From positions 638,691-702,690 of the forward strand of contig ML996689.1 in NCBI GenBank assembly GCA_010356995.1: DNA of 64,000 bases, given 5' to 3'. This stretch comes from Trichodelitschia bisporula. Lineage: Eukaryota. A model generated the notes under the pieces. The model made no database searches and had not been told where the DNA came from. It saw only the letters and a program-made list of their open reading frames with translations. This document shows, piece by piece, positions 22,611 through 35,117 of this stretch. A program made the translations under genes and the position numbers. The first letter of the stretch is position 1, and each line of letters opens with the position of its first letter.

Positions 22611-24500
22611 ATGTCAGGCCCCCAATCTCGACTACAGCGCATCGCTGCGCACTTCGTTGCCCCCTCCGCACCCGCGGAGTACGCACATCATCACAATTAC
22701 CATACTCTGAGTCCGACATATTTCCTCCCTCGCGCCGCCGCCATCGAGCCTGAGGCCGAGGCCATTTACCACGTCACAGCGAACAAAAAGGTCCTGCGAA
22801 GGAGCTACGCCGAAGCAGCAGATCGCGCAAGGGGTCTGGCGTATTACCTCAAGAAACATGGCTTCAAGCGAGTTGGCATCCTGGCCCCGAACACGCCGGC
22901 GTTTTTGGAGTCGATGTACGGGATCGCGGCGGCGGGAGCTGTGAGCGTTGGTAGGCGGAATGCGTCTTTGAGGGCAGGGCGAGAGGCTAATGAAGCAGGT
23001 GTGAATTACAGGTTGAAGAAGGATGACATCAAGTATATTTTTACGCATGCGGAGGTGGATGCCATAATCATCGACGCGGAATTCACTTCCCTCCTCGACA
23101 CTTTCTCCGCCGCGCACCCCTCCATCCCGCTCATCGTCGACACGGACACCGATGCCACGGAGGGCGAGTTAAGCGGGCCGTTCGACACCGCGATCCTCGA
23201 GGGGTTGGTGTATGACAAGGAAACGGGGGCGAGGGGGTGGGATGGTCTGGCGACGCACACGCACGACGAAGAAGCCATCATCGCTCTCGCGTACACGAGC
23301 GGGACGACCGCCCGGCCTAAGGGCGTGGAGTACACGCATCGCGGGTGCTATCTCGCGGCTATTGGGAATGTGATCGAGTCCGGGTTGAATGCGGCGTGGC
23401 CGCGGGCAAGGTATTTGTGGACGTTGCCTATGTTCCACGCCACTGGTAAGTTCGGCCCGGTCAAGTAATATGGGAATGACGGGACTGACGGTGGTAGGCT
23501 GGACCTTCCCCTGGGCCATCACGGCGGTGCGCGGGACACACTACTGTCTGCGCAAGATCGAGTACCCGGAGATATGGCGCCTGCTCAAGGAAGAAGGGAT
23601 CACGCATTTCAACGCCGCGCCGACGGTTAATACCCTTCTCTGCAATGATAAGAATGCGGAGAGGCTCGAGCATCCGGTCCGTGTCACGGTGGCGGCGAGT
23701 CCGCCCACTGCACATCTGTTTGAGCAGATGACTGGGTTGAATTTGCATCCTGTGCATGTGTACGGCTTGACGGAGACGTATGGGCCGATTACCAAGGGGT
23801 ATATCCTGCCCTCTTGGGAGACCCTCCCGTCCTCCGAGCGGTTTGCGAAGATGGCGCGGCAGGGACACGGCTTCGTCACCAGCCAAGGCGTACGCGTGAT
23901 AAAACCCGACCTTCCCGAAGACACCATCATCGACGTTGCCAAGAACGGAAAGGAAATCGGCGAGATCGTGTTCACGGGGAATATCTGCGCGAAGGGGTAT
24001 TACAAGGATCCCGAAGCGACGCGGAAGTTGTGGGCGGGGGGCGTGAATCATTCTGGGGATTTGGCGGTTTGGCATCCGGATGGGGCGATTCAGATTCTGG
24101 ATCGGGCGAAGGATATTATTATTAGTGGTATGTTTTTTTTTGTGGGATGGGATGTGATGTGTGGGCAAGGCTGACAGTTACAGGCGGCGAGAATATTTCC
24201 TCTGTTGCGTTGGAGTCAATGCTTGTCACGCACCCCGAGGTGCTCGAGGCTGCCGTTGTCGCTGTCGCGGATTCGCACTGGGGCGAGCGGCCGAAGGCCT
24301 TCATCACCATCAAGGAGGGTTCGACGACTACGGGGGAGGACATCATCGACTGGGCGAAGCACAAGAGTGATATTAGCAAGTTCATGGTTCCAAGAGAAGT
24401 GGAGGTGATCGCCGAGCTGCCAAAGACGAGCACTGGCAAGGTGCAGAAGAACGTGCTACGCCAATGGGCAAAGGGAGCGGACAGGAATCTCGTCAAGTGA
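22611..24500 (+). CDS. AMP-binding acyl-CoA synthetase with N-terminal PTS2, 4 exons
   Basis: YTSGTTARPKG P-loop, LPMFHA, YGLTETYGP, HSGDLA, DRAKDIIISGGENISS and LPKTSTGKVQK. RLQRIAAHF near the N-terminus. Confidence 0.92.
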
Positions 24501-24692
24501 GTTAATGTTTGCGTACATAGTCGTTGGTTGGTCGCTTTGTATATAGCGTGTACATACATTCATGCCTTTGGTCGTTATTCCGCACTTTGCAATAGAACAA
24601 CAGGTTCAAACCCCCAAACATACCGCCGCGCATGTCTTGCGACGCACATCCCAAAACAAAAACGCCGCATATACACCCAGGATATCCCACGC

Positions 24693-25576
24693 CTAAGCCT
24701 TCTTAACCAACGTCCCCACAATAAACGGGACAGTCTTCCACGCCCCCACCGTTTGAAGGTCAATCTTCTCCCACCCATCCTTTCCCCCGACCTTCCTCAA
24801 CACCGCCTCCGTATCCCGATTCAAACTGCACCCGGCCATCCAAACCGGCCACCCGAGGAGCGTATACAACCGCTGCAGCATCGCGCCCACGAACCCCCCG
24901 CCGCGGGGCCACGAATTCTTTACATGTTCGCAGACGACCAAGCGACCCCCGGGCTTGAGCAGCTCATGCAAGCCCTTCACCGTATCCTCCAGGTGGGGTA
25001 CGCCACACAACACCCGCACGCACACAATCTCGTCGAACACGCCCCCACCGCCGCGCCGCAGCAGCCCCGCCATCCCCAGCGCAGGGATCAGGGTCTCTTT
25101 CTCGGCGCCCGCGTTCAGAACCTCGTACTTGCCGTCAAAGCCAGCGGCAGTGGCATTGGACCGCAGGAGAGGGTGCATGTCGACCGCCGGCTCGGCGCCG
25201 TACATGCTCTTCACTTTGGAGGCGTCGAAGTAGTGCATCAGCGCGCCAGACCCCGGGCCGAGATCCAGGACGGTGCCGGAGACGGTGGAGAGCAGGGCGA
25301 CGGTTGGGCCGGGGAGGTCGAGGGACATGGCGGTGCCGTATTTGGACCAGAGTCTGGCGAAGGCTTTGTGTTTGAAGGTTGTGGGTTGCGTGAGGGCGAG
25401 GACAGGGGAGGTTACGGCTGTGGTTGCGAAGTCTGATGGGGGTTAGAATGGTAGGATGGGATTTTGGCTGAGAGGGAAGATGTACAGTAGAAGCCGGTGG
25501 CCAGGAGGGTGAAGGGGCCAACATAGCTGGCGATTCGCTCGCCGAGCGTGGGCGGGGGTTCCGTTGTGGGAGCCAT
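24693..25576 (-). CDS. SAM-dependent methyltransferase (METTL7/UbiE-like), 2 exons
   Basis: VLDLGPGSG, YGAEP, FDEIVCVRVLC, LLKPGGRL..CEHV and AGCSLNRDT. A GTACAT...CTAAC...CAG intron near 25433-25484 adds an N-terminal exon with ATG at 25576. Confidence 0.85.
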
Positions 25577-27166
25577 TGAGGTGGTGGGGAGGGGAGGTGT
25601 GGGAATGTACGCCGGCGGACGGCAGATACGGCAGATATATACAAGTGGGCGTGTGAATCGGCGCTGAAGTTTTTGGGCGGGGGTTAGCGCCGCACTGGCG
25701 GCGGCTGCAGGCCGACGGTGGACGCTGGCGAGGTCTGCAGGGCGGTCGCTTACGTTGGTCCGTTTACAAAGGCGATGGGGACTCGGGCGGTCGGAGGAGT
25801 CGGTGAGCTCTGCGTTGATTGGGTTTTCGGGACAGGCTCGGCATGGGTCGGGTCACGGAGGCGCATGTACTTGGCGCGCTTTTGCCTCTTTGGGACTGTT
25901 CTGGACATCCATATCAGCGCATTTTGTTCCCGAGGAGAGGAATTGATTGGGAAGCATGCAGGCAACAGTCTCACCTGACGGAAGCCTGACAGGCATTGAA
26001 TAGGTTGCTATCACGCAATAAACCGCGGCCGAGCAATTGGTCCTAAGCGACCAAACTCCAGAATTATATGCGAGATGTACTATTTTGACTCTGTTTCCCA
26101 TAGATCGCGTCCTCCGTTCAAGCTTTGGCGTGATAGAACCGTTGCTAAGTGCGGACCGAAGTAATTGGACATGTAGGTGCAATCAAAGGTGTTCTCGCAA
26201 CCGCTTTCCTCACCGAAATCGGTCAGATGTCGGTTGAACCAAAACAAGCCAATGGAAGTCCTGGGCTCGACATCTGCAATGGTTACGGTGTGAAGTGAAA
26301 GATTGTGAAAAGACGAAAGAGAGGAGAGAGCCAGATATACTCGAGAATAGATACACCGTGGATGGCAAGTATCCTCAATGCTCCTTCCTCCCAGCGTGCG
26401 CATTACCATGTCCCTTCCAAGAGCAACATGCGCCTTCCTGCCTAGCAATGCTCCTGCCTCGCTACGTAAGTTGGCGACAAGACAGCTTCAGTATTGACAC
26501 CTGGCCTGGGGAAGAATGTGGTTTGGTGTGGGTATGAGTTCCCCTACGGGCTCTGCGAACTTGTCGAGGGCGACGACAGTCCCATAAATCCGTCGATAGC
26601 CGAGATCGGTTAGCCCGTGGAAGACTGCGTATGCTATAAAATCTTACAGCAGCGAGCGACGGCAATGATTGTTTCCATGGTTAGAGGAAAGCGGAGACCC
26701 CTGAATCATGGCTTATTGATAGATAGACTTGTCAATTCGGCTGCACAGCGCTCATCCAGCTAAATCTGTTGGCGGATGTCGCTTGCTCTCTCGTGATGAT
26801 ATCGGCAGCAACCAGGCGACGCGATATTAGTGATACTTGCTTGGCATCGCTGAAGACTCGCGCCAAGGACTGGTATTGCCAAAGGAAAGACAGGCGATGT
26901 ACAATGGTGTTGTTTGCATGAAGTTGTTCCTTCGCATGTTGCATAACAATTGATGGAGGTTGCACATCCGCCAATCGATAACAACGTACAAGGGTTCAAT
27001 CCACATGTCGCCTAGCGTCCGCCTCCCTGTGGCGCAAGCATCAGCCACAGCGGCGTCATCTGTGGGACTGGGCTCACATCAAGTGCCAGTCTCTCCAGTG
27101 ACAAGCCCTCGAGTACCTCTCCCCCACTCCGGCCCCACCATTCTCTACACCAAATTCAAGACCGAA

Positions 27167-29639
27167 ATGCGGTCGCCTGCAGATGCAAAGTACGATTACC
27201 ACTTCAGTTCCTCTAATCTTATCGCGCAATGCTAATTCACTACCTCAAGGTCCTCCCTGCAGCAGCTGGATTCATATACCTCGCTCGCGGACCTCCGAGC
27301 AGCTCTGTACTCGCAAAATGATAGAGACCCAGATCCATTGGGGTCGCGATCGTTATGTTGGAAGGTACACGCCATGCGCAACTTGTCTCCTTCAACAGCG
27401 ACTGATATGTTAGATCTTCTTGCTATTCCAAACTCTCGACCGATCCGCTTGGCCCTCAATTCTAGCCGACTCGCGCTCCGCTTATGAATCCCTTCGCTCG
27501 CACCTCCTCCGTGCCATAGAACACCCCGAGGAGGCCGGCAGCGAGGCAGACCCGCTTAGCGACAACCAAGATGTAGGTAGCCGACATCCCATGTCGCAGA
27601 ACTATGTCTGACCGGTGGCTAAGCGTTGAAAGTCCCCCTGGGTTGCCCTTCGAAAAGACGAGGCTCTTCGCGCCGAGATATTCCAGGATGTGGAACGATG
27701 CATTCCGGAGAGTGTGTACTTCCGCCAACCCGCCACTCAAAGCATGCTCCTGGACATTCTGTTCGTCTACTGCAAACTGAACCCGGACTTGGGATATCGG
27801 CAGGGGATGCACGAATTGCTCGCCCCTATCCTCTGGACGATAGAAAGAGATGTCACTGAGGGTTCTGTGGAGGCGGAGAACGGGGCGGACACCGTCGATG
27901 TCCAACTCGCTTCGGCGCTGTTCGATTCTCGCTACCTCGAACATGACACCTTTACGCTTTTCGGACTGGTCATGCAGACGGCGAAGTCCTTCTACGACCC
28001 GGGAACAGCAGGCACCACGAGGGCTCTTGGGCAACCGCTCAAGGTTCAGGACACGGAGTCCCCGATACTCGTGCGGTGTCGGCGCATATTTGCCGAGATG
28101 TTACCCCTGTTTGACCCTGAACTCGCAGAGCATCTGGGAGAGCTGCAGGTTGAGCCACAGATATTTCTCCTGTATGTGCTTCATCATCGCGAGTGACGTT
28201 ATACTAACAGCTGAAGGCGCTGGATCCGGCTCCTGTTCGGAAGAGAGTTTGCATATGACGACCTTCTTCAGATATGGGATCTCTTATTTGCCGAAGATAC
28301 TTCGCTCGAACTCGTCGACCACATTTGCATAGCAATGCTCTTGCGAATGCGCTGGCAACGTAAGGATACGCGAAACTAACAGATGAATATGCTAATTCTG
28401 GCAGTCATGGAGGCAGACATGTCACAAATCCTGCACCTCCTAGTCCACTACACCTACCTCGAAACCCCCGTCTCGGCCCCCCCAAAATCCCTCGTCTCCG
28501 ACGCCATCCACCTCAAAGCAAACCCCACCCTCGAAACTGCCAGCGATCTCATCCAACGCTACACCCTCCAGCGCCCCGAAACCCGCCCCCCAACACCCCA
28601 CAGCGAACTCCCCAGCCCCTTCCGCGCCGCCTCCCCCTTCGCCCCCTCAACCCCGCTAGCCCTCGACTCCATCCTCCAAGACGCAGCCGCGCGCGTACTC
28701 TCCCGCGGCGAAAAATGGGGCCTGAACCAAGCCGTCCGCGGCGCGGTCGGCGAAATGCGAAAAAACGTCCAGGCGCTTCAACAACAAGCAGCCAGCAGCG
28801 CTATGTCTTCTCCCCGGGGTAAGGGCCGCGGGCACCGCAACGCCACCTCTGAGGTCTCGGAGAATATAGCTGCGAGCGTGCTAAGGAAGATGAATGCGCT
28901 TGAGGAACGGAACAGGCGGCTGGCGGCGCTGCTCGAGGGCGCGGCGCCTGATTTATGGGACTTTTTTAAGAAGGCGTCTGAGGATAAGGCGGCGGATGAG
29001 GAGTTTCTGCAGCGGTTTGGGGTTGCGATTGCGAAGGTGCAGTTTGTGCAGACGTTGCTGGGGGACTCGAGCCTCCCGCTGCCGCCCCCGGAAACCGCCG
29101 ACCCCGCTCCAGCTCCCGCCGTCGAACCAACCCCTGACCCAGAGCCCCCGGTAGATGCAGTTGCCCCACCTCCCCAGACTTCGTCGCTTCCTCATTCTCC
29201 GCCGACGAGTACCACGTCCGTCTCCTCACAGCGGGTTAGCGTCACCGTCCCACCCCCCTTCGCCTCCGTCTCGCCTAAGAACCCGCGGCACCGGCTCGCT
29301 GAATCGAGTTTCTCGTGGATGTTGGCGCAGCAGCCCCCGCCGCTCACTTCCGCCCCAGCGAGGCAAGACGTAGCTTCAGTGGAAGCGCCGTTTGGAGCCG
29401 AGCGAGCGCTGGGCAAGGAGAGGGATAGAGCTAGAGCGTCGAAGGGGTTTTTGTTTGGGGAGGATGGGGGCGAGGGGGGACGGCTTGAAGCGGAGGAGGT
29501 GCGGGTTAGGGCGAGGGCGAAGAGGAAGAGTGCGGTTGGGGTTGGGATGGGGGTTCCGGTGCCGGTGGTGGGGAGGGGGAGTGTTAGCGGGTTGGGTGTT
29601 GGTGGGTTGGAGGAGGTGGTGGGTGAGGGGAAGGAGTAG
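27167..29639 (+). CDS. TBC-domain Rab GTPase-activating protein (TBC1D5-like), 6 exons
   Basis: RSLCWK|IFL, IFQDVERC (IxxDxxR), GYRQGMHELLAP (YxQ), LEHDTF and RWIRLLFGREF, then a low-complexity C-terminus. Confidence 0.9.
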
Positions 29640-29815
29640 GTGGGATGGAAGGGTTGGGATAGGCCTGGCGTTCAGCGTTCAGGTTAGAAGAGAAGTGGCT
29701 TTGCGCTTGTGAATAGCATTTCCCTACTATGCGGTACATGTTCAGCTCGATAATACATAGTAAATACCCCATTCCGTGCCGAAACGCCCATATCCTCCCC
29801 AACCCACATACTAGC

Positions 29816-31335
29816 CTACTTCTCCAGCACAACCCTCGCCCCCGGATACTCCCCAAGCACCCCACCCAACCCCCCCTTCCCCCCCTCCTCCCCCAACGCC
29901 CACGCAATAACCGCCCCCAAAACCCCCTTCCCATTCCGATCAACAGGCAACCAATGCCCACACCGCTCAAGCATAACAACCTGACTCCCCCTTACCGCCA
30001 TAAACTCGCCCATACCCTCCAATGCGACACGTTCGTCAATCGCCACATCCTGCTTGCCCCACACCACGGTTACACGCGCGCGCAACGCACCCTCGGGGCC
30101 TAGGTCGAAGACACCGGCGCCGGAGGCACGGCGCGCGGATGACCTGGTGCTGTTGCTGAGTTCGTTGAGTTCCCACAACGTCTCGAGGGATTTGGTCCAT
30201 GGGTCGCTGGCCATGCCCTGCCGGTACAGCGCGAGCTTGGCCATCCACCCGCCGTCCGCGAGGCGCGTGCGCACAGCCTCGGGATACGACTCCGGTCCCG
30301 GGGCTGTGATTTCGCTCATCGAGGGCCCGAGGGTGGATGCCAGGGCCTTCGCCCCGACGGGACCTTCGAGCGGCGTGCTAGGGTCGGGGTGCGCGGCGAG
30401 CGCGTTGTTGTACCGCAGGAGCCAGTGGTCGCCTAGGGAAGCGGGGAAGGCAGCCAGCGGTGCGGGCAGGTTGAATAGGAAGACGTAGCCTGACTTGAAG
30501 AGTTGGGATAAGAGGGGCGTGAGCAGCGAGGCGGCTTTGAGGGGGAGGCGTAGGGCGCTGGGTGTCGTGGTCCAGGTGCGCAGGATGCGAGCTGCTGTCG
30601 AGAGGCGGTTACGCGCGTTAGAGACGGCGAGGGGGGGATGGAAGGAGTTGCTTAGGATGAAGCGGTCTGCTAACTGCGGGGCTTCGGACGCGAGGCGGAA
30701 CCCGATTAGCGCGCCCCAGTCGTGGGCGACGAGAAGGACGCGAGAGGATGTGTCTGGGGTTAGGTACGTGGCCCGCATGGCGAGGATGAATTCGGTAATG
30801 GCTTCAAGGACGGTGGTGCTGCCGAAGTCGGGGAGGGTGTCGGAGCCGCCGAAGCCGGGGAGGTCGAGGGCGATGAGGGTGGCGGATTGGCGCAGCTCGT
30901 TGTTGCGCAGGTGGTGCGACCAGAGGGCCCAGCTGTCGGGGAAGCCGTGGATGAAGATAATGAGGTTTTTGCGGCCGGTTGAGTCGGCTGGTGGGACGGA
31001 CTCGACGTAGTGGAGCTTGGTGCCGGCGCGGAGGATGCAGAAGCGATGCTTGAGGTCGTGGGGTGTCTTGTTCAAGTTCCAGAGTCGGTCTCGAGCTGAT
31101 TTATTCGTTAGTATTGTATGAAGTACTCGCGAGGGAGATACTTGCCACCAACTAAGAGTTCGCGGTCCCGATCAGAGAGCTTCCTGAACCGACGCTTCCG
31201 TATGAAAGCAAGTGCGATGTAGCTCACCAGCACTACCAAGCCATAACCAAACTGGAACGCTTTCCAGAGGAGACCCAGAATCGGATGATGCCGCTTGGGA
31301 GCCATGGTTGCTTTAACTGCGGGTGGAATGGCCAT
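29816..31335 (-). CDS. Alpha/beta hydrolase, epoxide-hydrolase-like, with N-terminal hydrophobic anchor, 2 exons
   Basis: FIHGFPDSW, LDLPGFGGSD, VAHDWGA (Asp nucleophile) and CGHWL (His). Intron from about 31148 or 31145 down to 31096. Confidence 0.88.
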
Positions 31336-31673
31336 GGGATCTGAGCGAGGAACGATGTAAGGTTCACGTCATGGACAACAGCTTGTCGAAGAGAGCTGTC
31401 GTGAGGTGGAAGACAGACGAAGCAAACAAACAAACACTACTTATCAAAAAACCGCAGGCGAAAGGTTAACTCTCACAGGATTTCCTGGCTGCCAACTTTT
31501 GTTGTTGTTATGCTTGGAGGCGGGGGAAGCTGCAGAGGTCGGCTGCTTGTGATACATCACCTTTCAACAACGCACGTGACATATCAGACCTCCAAGAAGA
31601 ATGCCATGCCGATTTTCGTCATTATGTTCAAATCCTCGAGAGCATACTCAAAAGCAGACAATTACATAGGTGT

Positions 31674-33503
31674 CTATCCAGCAGCAAACCTGCTTTTGGC
31701 CCGCAAGCGCTCGCCCCATCGCCAAAACAAGATCGGCGCCGGTATGCCCAAGGCAATGGCGACAAACCCAAGTAGACTGTTTCCCCACCCATAATCCAGC
31801 TTTTGGTACATATAAGGTGCAAAGAGGGGGAACCCAAACCCAGCACAGCTGCGCAACATCACCGCGGCTGCAATACCGCTCGCTGCGAACCGGGTATAAC
31901 TGTCAACGATGTACGTCTGCATACACTGGAAGCATATAATCGTCCCAGCAGCAAAGAAAGCGGCGCCAATATTGGGGGCAATCCAGTGGGTCTTAGCCTG
32001 CGCGGTCCATCCGTACAAAAAGAGACCGATCGGGGTCAATGCCGCGCCAACGAACATGAGCGGAACACGGAACTCCGGCCGCCCGACGCCATTGTTGCGC
32101 GCCTTCAGCCGACGGTAGATGCGGTCGTTGAGCGGAGCGGTGATCTGCGCACCAAGGAAGAAACCGATGCCGAGAGAGAGGTAGTTCAAGCCAGCCATTC
32201 CAGTGCTTTCTTCGTACCGGCCGGTCCACAGACGAGGGAAGGTCGATAAAAGGAGGTACATGAGCCCGTAGGCGTAGGCCATGTAAAGGGCCACCACCTG
32301 GATGATGGGCTGCGTGGTTATGAGCCTGAGTGGGCGGATCAGGGCTGTTCCAAGGATGGCAGTGATGTGCCGGTCCGGCGAGTCGAACTCGGTGTAGTAT
32401 TTTGAATCTCCTGTTTCCTTACGAAGCTTTGCCGCTTTCCATTGCAAGAGTACGGGCGCGTAAGTTTCTGACGACAGTTAGAAAAGCCAGGGACACCGCT
32501 TTGGAGCATACATACCCTGCAGAAAAAATAACCCCGACAGCTGTACCAGGGCACAGAGGATTGTCGTCGACCAGAAAACCCACCTCCACGTGGTATTCTC
32601 CGCAATGAAGCCCCCCGCAATCGGTCCAACAGCAGGGCCAAGCAGAGGCGCGAGGCTGTACAGCCCTATAGCCTTTCCACGTTCTTCGGGTGGAAATGTA
32701 TCGCTTAGGATACCGCCGCCCAAAGCAAGCATGGCGCTCCCACCTAGGCCGGCCCAGAACCGGAAAGGAAGCATCTGTGATCCATTTTTGGCAAAGCCGC
32801 ACGCGAGGTTGAAAATGAAGTAGAGGATGTTGCTTGTCTGGAGTACTCTAACACGCCCGTACACCTCGGACAGAGGACCGAAGAGTAGAGGACCAATGGC
32901 GTAGGCGAGGACGAAGATCGAAAGTACCATGGCTGCCTCGAACTCAGTTTTTATGCCGAGATCTTTGGCCATTGTGTCAAGGGCGGGTGCCACCATGGAG
33001 GAGGAGACGGGCGAGATAAAGGTGAAAGACGAGACAACGAACACGGCAGCCCATTTACGTTTGAAGCTCCAATTCTTCGGGTTGTTTGGGTCGTTTGGAC
33101 CGTCCCATGTCACCAGATGGGGGTCGACGCTTTTCTCAACCTCCTTCGACTCGCTCACATCTCCACCCTGCTTTTCCACATCTATGTTGACTTCTTTGTC
33201 TGTATCCAGCATATGCACAGACGGGTCTGGCGAATCGCCCTTCTGCTTTTCTTTATCGCCAGATGCCCGTTTCTCAGGGTCACTGTCGGAGCCGGCCAAC
33301 TCGCCACCCAAACGTACCCCATCCTGGTCGTAGACGGCATGGTCATCGAAAGACTGCGCTGTATAGAGACTTCGTAGACTTGACCGCGAGCGGTGGTGGG
33401 GTCGGGATCGGGATCGGGATCGGGATCGGGATCGGGATCGGGGTTTCGTAAGTTGGTTGTCGGCGTTCGGTGCAATGGGGGCGAATTTTGACCCCTCCTC
33501 CAT
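31674..33503 (-). CDS. MFS drug:H+ antiporter (DHA1 family), 2 exons
   Basis: VTWDGPNDPNNPKNW, GPLSEVYGR, APLLGPAVGPIAGGF, WRWVFW, PEFRVP and YIVDSY. One intron at about 32470-32515. Confidence 0.93.
33402..33443 (-). repeat. (TCGGGA)6-7 hexanucleotide repeat encoding an RS dipeptide run
   Basis: Six perfect TCGGGA units plus one variant; translates as RSRSRSRSRSRSR in the MFS N-terminus. Confidence 0.95.
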
Positions 33504-35117
33504 GGTAGAATCGGGTTGAGTTCTTGGTGACGCGTCGTACTTTGGTGGTGTGATAGCGATTCTGCAAAAAGAGAAAAATTGCTCACAGATACCTTGCTAT
33601 CAATCCGGACGGGAGAGAGGAAGTTGGAGATCCGAGGGGGGAAAGAGCGCCCCAAGACAGATAAGGTCGAAGTTCGAAGCGAAAACGGAGTATGTGACAG
33701 TAACTGGGCCTAAGTGCCGTCTTTCCAGACGGAAACACGGCATCTGGAGCTACAAACTCCGGCTATGGGGCAAAAGAGACCGCCTTTCCAAGCGCTGCCG
33801 CCATTAACAAACAAGCTTCAAACGCCCCACCGGTGCCACTCACCACGCGGCCCCTCCCGTCACCATACTCATGGTTGGCGTCAAGGGCTGGCCCCATGAA
33901 CGGCACGCGGGCAACTCGGGGGTCCGTTTGATCCGCTCACCAGCGGAGATGATATTTCGGGCCCCAGAAAGGTACATTCAGCGGCCTTGTCTTTATGCCA
34001 GGATGAACCCAACCCAAGCCATCATGGCCAACGTCGTGGGCCGTTGAACTACTGAGCATGGCCCTTCCATGACGATATCGAGGGTTCCTGCGGCTGCCGG
34101 GGTGGTCGTGCAGCTAGAGGAGCGGGGTCAGGGAGATAAATTCCGGTGATGTCTGCGCTTCGAGAAGGAATGATGTCCGCTTAACATGCATCCTGGTTGG
34201 CTGTAGCTCGGCATGGCTTGCAGAATGCCACGGTGCGATACCGGCCCGATAGCCAATTCGGGCCCGACTTCCCATTCTTTCCTGCATGGCGCATGACGTT
34301 TAAGCTCAGCCAACAGCCCACCCTGCCTTCACTGAATCGTCCCCTTGGCGTAAGATATTCCAGTGGCAATTGTAGACAGTTGTCAGTCGTTGACGCGGAC
34401 AACTACCCGGTCGAGGGGTCTACTGATACGTAGATCCTATGGATACGGGCATGCGACCGACGCTGCAGTACAATGTGCGGACCGGAAGCGCTGATCAACT
34501 ACTCCGGCATTGGTCGTTCCCAGCCATTTCACGAACGGGCCCGCATCATGCAGCCAATGTACCATACCTAAACGAGCTGCAGCTCACAAAATCTCTCAGT
34601 GGAATCAAGACTTCGGCAATCGGTTCGCACCAGGTATCCTGGACAACAAGCGTCTTCTAAGGCGCTGGCGAAGCTAGTTTTGTCAAGTGGGCTCAGCCAC
34701 CATCGGTGTATGAGCACAGCTACAGTTTGAGAAACCGTTTCAACCCACTTTTTGCTCAACCACCAAGTGTTGAAGCTCTTTGATGGGAACGTCGCCTGGT
34801 ACCAGGGCACCGATAGGGGATTGACGATTGTGGATATGACGGCACCGGCTTCGGGAGTGATGCAATGAGCAGGAGATGCATGCAAGGCTCGCCCTCCCGT
34901 ATCACAGATCGCAAGACAGGGGGGACCAGAGTTCTGTATCTCATTCGGGGGCTTCAGCACGCAAGAAAAGGCGACAGTTGAGTAGGCAAACGCCCGCTTA
35001 AATCGATGGAATATCATGTTTGAGCCTGCCTACCGTGCGCCATCATCTATGATCATGATTCAACACCATACCGACCTCTTCAAAAGCATGCCGGAGATCA
35101 GACGCAGGAATGTCTCA

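Noticed and set aside
24528..25436. 302-aa plus-strand ORF
   Set aside because: Antisense shadow of the methyltransferase gene.
26992..27002. GGGTTCAATCC resembling a tRNA T-loop
   Set aside because: No T-stem, D-arm or acceptor stem can be formed.
34128..35017. Short ORFs upstream of the MFS gene
   Set aside because: No recognisable domain or consistent splice structure.
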